A stretch of DNA of 64,000 bases from Deinococcus sp. (GTDB taxonomy: Bacteria > Deinococcota > Deinococci > Deinococcales > Deinococcaceae). The position numbers and the translations under genes were made by a program. The notes under the pieces are model-generated. The model saw nothing but the letters and a program-made list of their open reading frames with translations, searched no databases and was not told where the DNA came from. This document shows, one piece after another, positions 38,275 to 48,178 of this stretch. The stretch's first letter is position 1; each line of letters opens with the position of its first letter. The DNA is taken from assembly GCA_965261005.1 (NCBI GenBank), contig OZ253375.1:1792001-1856000 (forward strand), read 5' to 3'.

Positions 38275-39137
38275 GGCAGCACCACTTCTGTCCCCGCAAG
38301 CTTGCGGGCGCGCTTCTTGATCTCGCGCAGCGCTTCGGCGGCGTCCCCGCGCACGCCCAGCCGCGCGAACGACTGGCACAGCGAGCGCACGTCGCGCCCG
38401 AAGAGGGCGTCAAAGTGCGGACTCTCGTCTTGGCGCGCCATCTGCGGCACGTCAATCACGATCACCCGCCCTTCCCACCACAGCAGGTTGTAAGTCGAGT
38501 AGTCGCCGTGCGCGAGGTTCAGGTTCAGCAATCGGGCGAGGATGTCCAAACTCTGGTCCCACGCGCTGCGGGCCTCCCCCGGTGTCAGGCGGGCGTCGGA
38601 GAGGCGCGGGGCCACGTTGTCCTCGTCGCCGATCAGCTGCATCACCACCGCGCGCCCGGACGCCGCGCAGTCCTTGATCCCCGGCCCGATCAGGGGCTTC
38701 GGGACGGGCAAACCGGCGGTGTAGAGCGCCCATAATTGGGCGTACTCGTGCATCACCCAGATGGCCTGCTGGGCGTTCACCCCCGTCGCGCTGCGCTGAC
38801 GGATGGCCTTTTCGATGCGCGCGTCGCCCACGTACCTGCCCTCGCGGTAGACCGCGTCGTTCTTGAAGGAGCGCGTGACGAGGTCCTTGTACAGCTTGAC
38901 CGCGCACAAGCCCTGCGGCCCGCGCCCCAGATAGACAGTCGCCTCCTTGCCGCTCTTGAGTTCCCCCAGCAGCTCGTGCAGGTGGCCGAGGTCGTGCAGG
39001 GCCGCCAGGGTGGGGTCGGAAAAGGGCGACCCGCCGCCCTCATTCTGTATGGCGTTCACCGAGCGCCGCCCCTGCGCCTTGCGGCCAGTTTTCTTTCTAA
39101 GGCGCTGAAAGGTTTCCTCGAAGTCGGGCCGAGCCAT
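38271..39137 (-). CDS. RIO1 family atypical protein kinase/ATPase
   Basis: KSGKEATVY; AVKLY; HGDYSTYNLL; IDVPQ. Confidence 0.92.
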   Translation of the reverse strand: MARPDFEETFQRLRKKTGRKAQGRRSVNAIQNEGGGSPFSDPTLAALHDLGHLHELLGELKSGKEATVYLGRGPQGLCAVKLYKDLVTRSFKNDAVYREGRYVGDARIEKAIRQRSATGVNAQQAIWVMHEYAQLWALYTAGLPVPKPLIGPGIKDCAASGRAVVMQLIGDEDNVAPRLSDARLTPGEARSAWDQSLDILARLLNLNLAHGDYSTYNLLWWEGRVIVIDVPQMARQDESPHFDALFGRDVRSLCQSFARLGVRGDAAEALREIKKRARKLAGTEVVLP

Positions 39138-39199
39138 CAGGCCCCGCGCCGGTTGCTAAAGGATGATGTGAATACAGCCGAAAGGGGTGAAAACAACAT
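39137..39199 (-). CDS. putative leader peptide 2 (MLFSPLSAVFTSSFSNRRGA)
   Basis: AGGAG SD 5 nt before the ATG. Stop overlaps the kinase start (TGATG). Confidence 0.4.
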   Translation of the reverse strand: MLFSPLSAVFTSSFSNRRGA

Positions 39200-39266
39200 G
39201 CACGCTCCTAAAAACAGAGGTCGGAAGGCCGGGGGCCAATTCGGAAACCGTGTTGAGGTTGTTCAT
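39156..39266 (-). CDS. putative leader peptide 1 (36 aa, MNNLNTVSEL...CIHIIL)
   Basis: AGGTGA SD before the ATG. Overlaps uORF2 out of frame. Confidence 0.3.
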   Translation of the reverse strand: MNNLNTVSELAPGLPTSVFRSVHVVFTPFGCIHIIL

Positions 39267-39338
39267 GTGTTCACCTGCCTTTCAAGCTGTCGCTGATCCC
39301 ACCTTAAGCGCAGGGGCGGGGTTTTGCAATGCCCACGC

Positions 39339-40124
39339 TCAAAAGACCGTGTATCCGCCGTCCATCACCAGCACCGAGCCGGTCATGAACGAGGAGGCGT
39401 CGCTGGCGAGGAAGACGATAGCCGGTCCCAGTTCCTCGGGCAGGCCGTAGCGCCGCTGGGGGGCGTCCTCGATCCAGAAGCGCCGAAACTCGGGGTTGTC
39501 TACGGGCGCCATGTCGGTCTTGATGTAGCCGGGCGCCAGGGCGTTGACCCGCACGCCGAGGGGCGCCCACTCGGCGGCGAGGCTTTTCGTGAGCTGATGC
39601 ACGGCCGCCTTGGAGGCGTTGTAGGCCGGCTGCCACTGTGGCCGGTTGACGATCTGCGCCGAGATCGAGCCGATGTTGACGATGGTGCCGCTGCCGCGCC
39701 CCGTCATGTGCCGCCCGAACACCTGCGAGGCGATCCACAGCGCGTCCACGTTCACGTCCATCACCTGACGCCACTCCTGGTCGGTCACCTCCAGGGCGGG
39801 GCGGTGAATGCAGGTTCCGGCGTTGTTGACCAGAATGTCCACCTGGCCGAAACGGGCGACCGACTCGGCCAAAACGCGCTCGACGTCGGCGCGGCGCGTG
39901 ACGTCGGCCAGGACGGTCAGGCTCTCGCGGCCCAACTCGGCCAGCTCCCGCCCGACGTCCCCAGCCGCCCCCGCGTCCCGGCCCACGATCACGACGTTGG
40001 CCCCGGCCTCGGCCAGGGCGCGGGCGAAGGCGCGGCCCAGCCCGCGCGTCGCCCCCGTGACCACCGCCGTCCGGCCGCTGAGGTCGAACTTCGCCATAAC
40101 GCTCACTGCGGCCTGCTCCAGCAC
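39339..40124 (-). CDS. SDR family oxidoreductase
   Basis: TGATRGLG; NNAG; YNASKAA; RVNALAPG; DGG. Start uncertain. Confidence 0.93.
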   Translation of the reverse strand: MLEQAAVSVMAKFDLSGRTAVVTGATRGLGRAFARALAEAGANVVIVGRDAGAAGDVGRELAELGRESLTVLADVTRRADVERVLAESVARFGQVDILVNNAGTCIHRPALEVTDQEWRQVMDVNVDALWIASQVFGRHMTGRGSGTIVNIGSISAQIVNRPQWQPAYNASKAAVHQLTKSLAAEWAPLGVRVNALAPGYIKTDMAPVDNPEFRRFWIEDAPQRRYGLPEELGPAIVFLASDASSFMTGSVLVMDGGYTVF

Positions 40125-40165
40125 TTCTTTTGCATGGCCGAACTTTAGAGCATTTGTCGGCCGGT

Positions 40166-41116
40166 CTACTTGACCCCCTTATCTAAATATTTATTGCTGT
40201 AGAAGTCGCCCGGCTTGAAGTTCTCCTTCAGCTTGCCGCTCCCCTGCAAAAAGGCGACCGCCTTGGCCCAGCCGGCGGCGTTGATCTGCCCGACCACTTC
40301 GGCGCCGCGCATCAGCGGCAAGGATGCCTTCAACACCGGCAGACCGCCCGCTTGGCCCGCATACGCCTTGCTGTCCGCGAACGCCTGTTGGGGGTTCGCC
40401 AGCGTGAAGGCGACGCCGCGCTGCGCCGCGCGCACCACCTGGCGCGCGAGGTCGCCGTTCAGCGTTTTTTCGGTGGCGATCAAACCGGCCCCCGTCATGG
40501 GGTAGGCCCGCGTCACGTCCAGGGTGTTCGGCGTGACGCCCGCCGCCCTCAGTTGCACCACCTCGTTGTTGACGAAGCCCACCGCCGCGTCCACCCGCCC
40601 CGAGCGCACCGCCTCCAGTTGCGTGAAGCCGATGGGGGCCAGCTTCAGGTCGCTCTCCTTCAGCCCCCCCGACGCCAGCAAGGCTTGCAGCGCGAAATAG
40701 GTGCTGCCGTAGGTGCCCGGAATGCCGACCGTCTTCCCCTTCAAGTCGGCGAGCGTCTTGATGCTCAGCTTGGGCAGGGAAAAGACCGTCGCGGGCAGGC
40801 GCTGGTACATCGCCAGCACGTACTTAACGGGGGCGCCCTGCGCGCGAGCGAAGATGGCGTCCTCGGCGTCGCCCACCACGAAGTCCAGCTTGCCTTGCAA
40901 GAGCAGCGGCATCAGTTCCTGCGCGTAGCCGTGCTGAAACTTGACGTTCAGCCCCTCGGCCTTGAAGTAGCCCTGCTGCGCCGCCGCGTAAAAGGGCGCG
41001 AACTGCACGTTGGGCAGGTAGCCCAGGCCTATGGTGACGGTCTTTTGAGGAGCCTGCGCGCAGGCCGAGGCCCCTAAGACGGTACTGACCAACAACACTT
41101 TTCCAAATTTCAACAT
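40166..41116 (-). CDS. NMT1/THI5-like ABC substrate-binding protein, probable riboflavin-binding RibY
   Basis: GYLPNVQFAPFY; GYFKAEGL; LKGKTVGIPG. Lies downstream of an FMN riboswitch. Confidence 0.85.
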   Translation of the reverse strand: MLKFGKVLLVSTVLGASACAQAPQKTVTIGLGYLPNVQFAPFYAAAQQGYFKAEGLNVKFQHGYAQELMPLLLQGKLDFVVGDAEDAIFARAQGAPVKYVLAMYQRLPATVFSLPKLSIKTLADLKGKTVGIPGTYGSTYFALQALLASGGLKESDLKLAPIGFTQLEAVRSGRVDAAVGFVNNEVVQLRAAGVTPNTLDVTRAYPMTGAGLIATEKTLNGDLARQVVRAAQRGVAFTLANPQQAFADSKAYAGQAGGLPVLKASLPLMRGAEVVGQINAAGWAKAVAFLQGSGKLKENFKPGDFYSNKYLDKGVK

Positions 41117-41151
41117 GTTTGGTGTCAACCCGACGGGAACGGGTTGACTTC

Positions 41152-41298
41152 TCCTTCTCTCATCCGGACTGTAACCGTCGGCCTCGGAATCTCACCAAGT
41201 CGGGCGCGGCCGTGGTGCGATTTGGCCGGGCTTCGCGGGCTGACGTTCCCTCGAACGATCACCGCCGGTGGGGAATTGCGCCCCGCCCCGAAGGATGG
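41152..41298 (-). ncRNA. FMN riboswitch
   Basis: CTTCGGGGCGGGGCGCAATTCCCCACCGGCGGT...GAGATTCCGAGGCCGACGGTTACAGTCCGGATGAGAGAAG. Confidence 0.95.
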
Positions 41299-41356
41299 CT
41301 TTCGCCGCGTTCAGGCTAGCTTGATGGTACGGCGCCGGGTGTGCGGGGGGACCAAT

Positions 41357-41436
41357 TGATACGGGTTCCGCGCTCTGGAGCGCCTATCAACGAACGCCTG
41401 CCAACAAAGTTGACAGGCGTTCCAGAAACCGTATGA
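41357..41436. repeat. SNR/MITE-like repeat (short copy)
   Basis: TGATACGG...CCGTATGA ends. Shares GATACGGGTT.CGCG.TCTGGAGC and CAACAAAGTTGAC with 44739-44878. Confidence 0.7.
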
Positions 41437-41481
41437 CTTGAAAAGGATGGAGCGGGGCGCTGAATACGCGGGGCAAACGCT

Positions 41482-42324
41482 CTACGCGTCTTGGCGCTCG
41501 AACAGCGTGCCGGCCAGCCACAGCAGCAGCCCGGTGAATACGAGGCTGAGCACCAAGAACTCGCCATGAAGGGTCGGAACGGCAACCTCGCTGGAGAAGC
41601 TGCTGCCGACGGTGACGCCCGGCCAGTTCAGATGCAGTTGAAAGAGGCCGTTCAGCAGATACGATCCCAAGACGAGCAGCCCGATGTAGGCTACGAAGTT
41701 CACCAGCAAATCGGCGCGTGGGACCAGGCGGCCCAGCGTGGTGGCGCACATGGCGACGGCGGGCAGCGGCGCGAGGGCAAAGGCGCTCAGCAGCGTGACC
41801 TTGCCCAGCTCGGTCCAGAAGCGCGCGTCCAGCGACAAACTCTGGCCGTTCGCCTGATAGGTCGTGAGCTGGCCGAAGCCGGTGTCCAGCCCGGCGAACA
41901 GCAGCAGGCCGCCCAGCGTCAGCAAACTCAGCAGCACCACCTCGACCCACAGCCACAGGTACTTCGCCAGCAGCACCGCGAAGCCGGAGGCCGGCAGCGA
42001 GCGCAGCAGCGTCTGGGTGTGCTGGGCGTACTCGCTGCGGACCTGCCAAAAGCCCTTGAACAAGGCCCAGAACAGCGGAATGGTGGTGAGAAGGGCGGCC
42101 AGCGGTACGCGCGCCGTCACGCTGGTGTCGGTCACGCCGCTGCCAAGGGGCACCCCCGCCCCGCGCCACGCGATCAGCAGTTGCAGCAAGAAGATGCCCA
42201 GCAGCACGAAGCCCAGAATGGGGGCGTTCTGGCGGGCTTCCTTGGCGAACAGGGCGCCGAGGGTCTGGCCGAAGGAGGGCGGGGCGCTCAAGGGCCGGCT
42301 TTGGGGAACTTCGAGGGCAGTCAC
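41482..42324 (-). CDS. ABC transporter permease (YtrA-type operon)
   Basis: ~6 TM segments; LLRSLPASGFAVLLAKYLW. Follows the ATPase gene. Confidence 0.8.
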   Translation of the reverse strand: MTALEVPQSRPLSAPPSFGQTLGALFAKEARQNAPILGFVLLGIFLLQLLIAWRGAGVPLGSGVTDTSVTARVPLAALLTTIPLFWALFKGFWQVRSEYAQHTQTLLRSLPASGFAVLLAKYLWLWVEVVLLSLLTLGGLLLFAGLDTGFGQLTTYQANGQSLSLDARFWTELGKVTLLSAFALAPLPAVAMCATTLGRLVPRADLLVNFVAYIGLLVLGSYLLNGLFQLHLNWPGVTVGSSFSSEVAVPTLHGEFLVLSLVFTGLLLWLAGTLFERQDA

Positions 42325-43079
42325 GCTCGGTCTCCTTGCTTGATCTCAGCTTGTCTGACTTCATCTTGTCGGGCTTGCATGGCGGCGTCCTTGAGGGCGC
42401 GGTCGATGGACTCGCCCTGGCTGGCCCGGATGGCGTCGGCGTCGCCGGACAGCAAGACCTTGCCACCGTCGAGGACCAGCACCTTGTCGAAGAGGCTCTC
42501 GGCCTCGGAGACTTGGTGGGTGGACAGCACCACCGCCGCGCCCCCCGGAAACTCGCCGACCAGGGCGCGCAGAATCTGTTCGCGGGTGAGGGGGTCAATG
42601 CCGCTGAGGGGTTCGTCGAGCAGGTAGAGCCTCGCCTCGCGGGCCAGCGTGAGCGCCAAGCGCAAGCGGGTGCGGTTTCCCTTCGACAGCGCGCTGAACT
42701 TGGTGCGGCGGTCCACCCGCAAAAAGTCCAGCAGCCGCTCGAAGCGCTCCCGGTTCATGTGAAAGAAGCGCGCGGAAAAGCGGTAGGCGTCCTCGGCGCG
42801 CCACGCGGGATAGAGGTGGTCCACCTCGGGCATGTAGGCGACCTCCAGCTTGCTGCGCGGCCCCGGCGTCAGGCCCAGCACCCGCACCCGGCCCCCGGAC
42901 GGCGTGACCAGCCCGGCCGCCAGCTTGACCAAGGTGCTCTTGCCGCTGCCGTTGACGCCCAGCAGCCCCAGGAATTCCCCGGCGCGCAGCTCGAAGTCGA
43001 ACGGATACAGGGCCTGCTTGAAGCCGTACTTCTTGCTGAGGTTGTCAGCGCTCAGCAGCACCTCGTTTGCGGCGGTCAT
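42321..43079 (-). CDS. ABC transporter ATP-binding protein
   Basis: GVNGSGKST; LSKG; LLDEPLSGID; STH. Confidence 0.94.
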   Translation of the reverse strand: MTAANEVLLSADNLSKKYGFKQALYPFDFELRAGEFLGLLGVNGSGKSTLVKLAAGLVTPSGGRVRVLGLTPGPRSKLEVAYMPEVDHLYPAWRAEDAYRFSARFFHMNRERFERLLDFLRVDRRTKFSALSKGNRTRLRLALTLAREARLYLLDEPLSGIDPLTREQILRALVGEFPGGAAVVLSTHQVSEAESLFDKVLVLDGGKVLLSGDADAIRASQGESIDRALKDAAMQARQDEVRQAEIKQGDRA

Positions 43080-43489
43080 GTCGTCTCCCTTTCGGCCAGC
43101 TTGTCCAAAAAGGCGGCCTGAATGTCGGCGTCGGACAGGGCCAGGGCGCGCAGCTCGGCGACGGCGCGCGCCACGGCGCCCTCGACCAGCCCCGCCTTGG
43201 CGCTCTGGATGCGTGCCGCGTCTTCAGTGATAAACGACCCCAGGCCGCGCCGGGTCACCAGAAACCCCTCGCGCTCCAACTCCTGATAGGCGCGCGCCAC
43301 CGTGTTGGGGTTGACCATGTGAGCGGCGGCGAACTCGCGGGCGCTAGGCACCTTGTCGCCGGGGGCGAGTTCCCCGCGCGCGGCCCGCCTCACCAAGTCC
43401 TCGGCGAGCTGGGCGTAAATGGGCCTCTCCTTGTCGAGGGGCGCGGGACCCTGCGGGGGCGGCTGGCTGCGGGATGCGGTTTCATGCAC
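43076..43489 (-). CDS. GntR family regulator, YtrA subfamily
   Basis: PIYAQL; PSAREFA; VNPNTVARAYQELEREG; RRGLGSFI. GGGAGG SD before the GTG. Confidence 0.92.
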   Translation of the reverse strand: MHETASRSQPPPQGPAPLDKERPIYAQLAEDLVRRAARGELAPGDKVPSAREFAAAHMVNPNTVARAYQELEREGFLVTRRGLGSFITEDAARIQSAKAGLVEGAVARAVAELRALALSDADIQAAFLDKLAERETT

Positions 43490-43508
43490 GTCTTCCTCCC
43501 TGAGGGCT

Positions 43509-43532
43509 AGTGTACTAGATAGATAGTACACT
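43509..43532. promoter_or_regulatory. YtrA-type operator palindrome
   Basis: AGTGTACTA-GATAGA-TAGTACACT, next to a minus-strand TTGACG -35. Confidence 0.8.
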
Positions 43533-43628
43533 CGTCAAGTAGGCTGGTGCTGCTAGAACGCTTGCCGGAAGGCGGGGCCTCCGCTAGCATGAACGGGCCA
43601 AGCGCGCCGGAAAGGAGGTGGGAAGACC

Positions 43629-43727
43629 GTGCAGATCAGCGTTGTCCAGAGCAAAGAGGGCGAGCCTCCCAGTTACACCTTCAACGTCTTCTCACCTCGG
43701 AGGCTTTCATGCGCCGCCCCAACTTGA
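43629..43727 (+). CDS. putative corA leader peptide 1 (32 aa, MQISVVQSKEGEPPSYTFNVFSPRRLSCAAPT)
   Basis: Strong SD AAAGGAGGTG before the GTG. TAGCAT -10 at 43585. Confidence 0.45.
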   Translation: MQISVVQSKEGEPPSYTFNVFSPRRLSCAAPT

Positions 43728-43746
43728 ATCTTGTTTGGAACTTCCC

Positions 43747-43753
<7 letters not shown>
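43709..43753 (+). CDS. putative corA leader peptide 2 (MRRPNLNLVWNFPC)
   Basis: GGAGG SD 5 nt before the ATG. Stop overlaps the corA start by 7 nt. Confidence 0.4.
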
Positions 43754-44679
<926 letters not shown>

Positions 44680-44697
44680 GGCGCGGACATGAAAAGA

Positions 44698-44727
44698 AGG
44701 GCGGCCCACTTGCAAGTGGGCCGCCCT
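44698..44727. terminator. hairpin terminator between convergent genes
   Basis: AGGGCGGCCCACTT-GC-AAGTGGGCCGCCCT. Confidence 0.75.
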
Positions 44728-44738
44728 ATTCGCGCTGC

Positions 44739-44878
44739 TTATACGGATTCCGGAAAGTCTGTCAACAAAGTTGACTGAGTTTCCAGCGGAACGGATAGGA
44801 AAAGGATACGGGTTTCGCGGTCTGGAGCAACATCGGGCGCTGTTGCCGATGTTGAGGAAGGAAGCGGAATCCGTATTA
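44739..44878. repeat. SNR/MITE-like repeat (full copy)
   Basis: Perfect 12-bp TIR ATACGGATTCCG/CGGAATCCGTAT with internal hairpins. Its end overlaps the peptidase stop. Confidence 0.85.
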
Positions 44879-46579
44879 CCGGCCGGTGATGGCCTTGAGG
44901 GGGTTCACCAGGCCGTAGCCGAAGGTGCTGTCCTTGCCTGCCGCGCCAAGGTCGCTGGCGCTGCTTTGCAGCAAGGCGCGCAGCTGCGCGTTGGTGAGGC
45001 CCGGCTTGGCGGCCCACACCGCGGCGGCGGCGGCCGACACGTGCGGGGTCGCCATGCTGGTGCCGTCGAAGTACTCGTAGTCGGCGCCCGTGATCGCGAC
45101 GCTGCCGTTGGTAGGTAGCTTGGTCAGGGTCGCCTGACCGTCCGCCTGGGTGATGCCGACCACCGGAATGCTCTTTTGGTTGGTGAGGGTCATGCCCAGT
45201 TCGCCGGCCACGTTGTTGTAGATCATGGCCGCCACGGCGCCGCTGGCAATGGCGTTGTCGGCTTTTTCCTCGAACGAGCAGATGCCGCGCGCGATCAGGG
45301 CGATCTTGCCGGCAAGGGCCGGGTTGGTCGCGCCGGCGCCGCACAGCTCGTTGTTGCCGCCCGCCGCGACGATGGCGGTGTTGCTGACCGTACCCTTGGC
45401 CGCGAAGTCGGCGGCCAGCACGCCAGAATAGGCCGCGACGTTGCTCGCGCTGGCGCTGGCGGTCAGGCCGACGCCCAGCGGCACGCTGGACAGCACCGCC
45501 ACGCCGGGACCGACCAACTCCTGGTTGGCGCCGAAGTTCGAGAAGGAGGCGAGGTTCGCTTTGTCGTCGATGGCCCCAACCGCCACCACGCTGCCGTAGT
45601 TGGCGGGGTAGCCGATGGCCGCGCCGTCGTTGCCGCTGGCCGCCACAATCAGGGCGCCCTTGGCGTACACGTTGTCGTAGGCGCGCTGCTCGGTCCGGCT
45701 GCCGCCGCTCGATCCCAGCGAGAGGCTGATGACCACGTGAGCCTCGCTGCCGCCCTGGCTCTTCAGTTGGGAAGCGCACCAATTGACGCCGTTGATGATG
45801 CCGCTGCTGGAGCCGCTGCCGTCGTCGCCCAGCACGCGCGCCATGTACAGGTGAACGTCGCCGGCCACCCCGCCGACGCCGTTGGGGTCCATGCCGCTTT
45901 GCAAGCCGCTCGACCCGGTGCCGGCGCCGTACTGCGCGAAGATGGTGCCCGAGACGTGGGTGCCGTGGTGCGACAAGTCGTTGAGGGCGTAAGCGTCGTC
46001 GCGGCCGTCGCCCATGAAGTTCTTGAAGCCGCTCAGCTTCCTCTGGAACTCGGGGTGGCCGGCGTCGATGCCGGTGTCGCCCACGCACACCGCCGCACCC
46101 GCGCCGCTGTAGTTTGAGGCGCGCAATTGCGACACCTTGAGCGCCTGATCGCCCCAGGTGAGTTCGCCGCTGGGCGTCCACAAGACCGTCGTGTTGACGG
46201 TGTTGCCGCCGGGCGCGGGGGCGGGCGCCGGCTTGCCGGTCGCGCCGATGTGGCGCTGACCGAGGGCGTGGCGCAGCAAGTCCTCCTCGACGTACTCGAC
46301 GTTGGGGTTGTGGCGCAAACCGTTCAGGGCGCTGGCGGGCAGCCTCGCCGCGACCACCTCGATTTGCGGCCACTCCTGGGTGATCTGGCCGCCGGCCTGG
46401 GCCACGGCGGCGCGCTGCAAGCCCGCGCCGCGCTTGAAGCCGATCAGGTACTGGCCGGGCACGCTTTGGGCGCTCACTTCTTGATGAAGCGTCCTCTGAT
46501 TGGGCTGGGAAACTTGGCTTCCGCAGCCCGCGAGCGCGAGCGAAAGACCAATGACGGCGATGGCGTGAGATTTTTTCAC
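44876..46579 (-). CDS. S8 (subtilisin) serine peptidase lipoprotein with PA domain
   Basis: Lipobox LAGC; GDTGID; HGTHVSG; ASGN; IARGICSF (PA); GTSMATPHV. Confidence 0.95.
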   Translation of the reverse strand: MKKSHAIAVIGLSLALAGCGSQVSQPNQRTLHQEVSAQSVPGQYLIGFKRGAGLQRAAVAQAGGQITQEWPQIEVVAARLPASALNGLRHNPNVEYVEEDLLRHALGQRHIGATGKPAPAPAPGGNTVNTTVLWTPSGELTWGDQALKVSQLRASNYSGAGAAVCVGDTGIDAGHPEFQRKLSGFKNFMGDGRDDAYALNDLSHHGTHVSGTIFAQYGAGTGSSGLQSGMDPNGVGGVAGDVHLYMARVLGDDGSGSSSGIINGVNWCASQLKSQGGSEAHVVISLSLGSSGGSRTEQRAYDNVYAKGALIVAASGNDGAAIGYPANYGSVVAVGAIDDKANLASFSNFGANQELVGPGVAVLSSVPLGVGLTASASASNVAAYSGVLAADFAAKGTVSNTAIVAAGGNNELCGAGATNPALAGKIALIARGICSFEEKADNAIASGAVAAMIYNNVAGELGMTLTNQKSIPVVGITQADGQATLTKLPTNGSVAITGADYEYFDGTSMATPHVSAAAAAVWAAKPGLTNAQLRALLQSSASDLGAAGKDSTFGYGLVNPLKAITGR

Positions 46580-46698
46580 AAGTCTCCCATAGATGAAAAG
46601 GCCGCCGAACGTTACCTGAGCGCGCCTTTTCGCTTTTTCATCTGACCTTCACGAACTATAACGGACGCGAAAGGTTTATTTATAAGAATTCATGAGAT

Positions 46699-47463
46699 TC
46701 ATAGCCCCAGGTAGGCCCGCCTCACCTCCGGGTTGTCCAGCAGCTCGGCGCTGGGGCCGTGAATGACCAGCTTGCCCTGCTCCAGCACGTAGCTGCGGTC
46801 GGTCACCTTCAGCACCTGGCGCACGTTCTGCTCGACCAGCAGCACGGTCAGGCCGAGTTCGCGCAGCGAGGCGATCACGCGCATCACCTCTTTCACGACC
46901 AGGGGGGCCAGGCCCAAGCTCGGCTCGTCCATCAGCAGCACCTCGGGTTCGCTCATCAGGGCGCGGCCGATGGCGACCATCTGCTGCTCCCCCCCGGAGA
47001 GGGCGGCGGCGGACACGCCCTTTTTCTCGACCAGGCCCGGAAAGAAGTCGTAGACCCGGCGCAAGTTCTCGGCGCGGCGGGCCTTGGTGCGGCCCAGGTA
47101 AGCGCCCATGATCAGGTTCTCCTCAACGCTCATCTGGCCGAACAATTGGCGGCCCATCGGCACGTGCGCCACGCCCATGTCGGTGATGGCGTGGGCCGGC
47201 ACCCCGTTGAGGCTCTTGCCCCGGTAGGTGGCCGTCCCCCCCCGCGCGCGCAGCATGCCCGACAGCACGCGCAGGATGGTGCTCTTGCCGCTGCCGTTGC
47301 CGCCGACCAGCCCGACCAGTTCGCCCTTGCCGACGTGCAGACTCACGCCAAAGACGACCTGCGCCTCACCGTAGGCCACGTCGAGTTCCTGAACGTCGAG
47401 CAGACGTTCAAGCGCCTTCTTCCCCCTTGCGGGGGCTGGGGGGAGGGGGGTACTAGTCATCAT
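46699..47463 (-). CDS. branched-chain amino acid-type ABC ATP-binding protein (LivF-like)
   Basis: GGNGSGKST; LSGGEQQM; DEPSLGLAP; VEQN. Confidence 0.93.
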   Translation of the reverse strand: MMTSTPLPPAPARGKKALERLLDVQELDVAYGEAQVVFGVSLHVGKGELVGLVGGNGSGKSTILRVLSGMLRARGGTATYRGKSLNGVPAHAITDMGVAHVPMGRQLFGQMSVEENLIMGAYLGRTKARRAENLRRVYDFFPGLVEKKGVSAAALSGGEQQMVAIGRALMSEPEVLLMDEPSLGLAPLVVKEVMRVIASLRELGLTVLLVEQNVRQVLKVTDRSYVLEQGKLVIHGPSAELLDNPEVRRAYLGL

Positions 47464-48178
47464 CCTCTCCCAGATACGCCGCGATCACCCCGGGGTCACT
47501 CGCCACCTGCGGCGGCGGCCCCTCGCCGATCTTCTCGCCGAAGGCCATGCAGATGACGTGGTCGCTGAGGCTCATGATGACCTGCATGATGTGCTCCACC
47601 ATCACGACGCCGATGCCGCCCTGGGCCAAAGTGCGAATCAGCTCGATCATCTCGGCCTGGGCGGGCGGGTTGAGGCCGGCGACCACCTCGTCGAGAAACA
47701 GCAGCTTGGGTTCGAGCGCCAACGCCTTGGCAAGTTCCAGCCGCCGCCGCCGCGCCAAATTCAGCTCGGCGGCGGGTTGCAGGGCGCGGTCAGCCAGCCC
47801 GACGCGCTCTAGGGTGGCGTAGGCGGCCTCGCGCGCCGCCTTGCCGCGCCTACGCAGGAAGCTGGCGACCAGCACGTTCTCCAGCACGCTGAGATCCTCG
47901 AAGGGCCGCTCCACCTGAAAGGTGCGCGCCACGCCAAGGCGGGCCAACCTCTCCGGCGCGGCGCCGGTCACGTCGCGGCCCAGCAGCTCGACCCGCCCGG
48001 CAGCCGGCTTGACAAAGCCCGACAGCGCGTTAAAGAGGGTCGTCTTGCCGGCCCCGTTCGGCCCGATCAGACCCAGAATCTCCCCCGGCCGCAGCGAGAG
48101 CGAGAGGTCCTTGACCGCCACCAGGCCGCCGAACTGCACCCGGACGTCGCGGGCCTGAAGCAGCGGCGGCGCCGTCAT
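47453..48178 (-). CDS. ABC ATP-binding protein (LivG-like)
   Basis: FGGLVAV; GPNGAGKTT; ARTFQ; VIAAYLG. Confidence 0.93.
   Translation of the reverse strand: MTAPPLLQARDVRVQFGGLVAVKDLSLSLRPGEILGLIGPNGAGKTTLFNALSGFVKPAAGRVELLGRDVTGAAPERLARLGVARTFQVERPFEDLSVLENVLVASFLRRRGKAAREAAYATLERVGLADRALQPAAELNLARRRRLELAKALALEPKLLFLDEVVAGLNPPAQAEMIELIRTLAQGGIGVVMVEHIMQVIMSLSDHVICMAFGEKIGEGPPPQVASDPGVIAAYLGEDDD

Noticed and set aside
43590..43746. M-box (ykoK) riboswitch upstream of corA
   Set aside because: I could not find the M-box conserved blocks. A uORF/hairpin model fits better, but an Rfam scan was not run.
46564..46580. CRP/DdrI-type site CGTGA..TCACA at the peptidase start
   Set aside because: The spacer is 7 bp rather than 6, and it coincides with the first codons.
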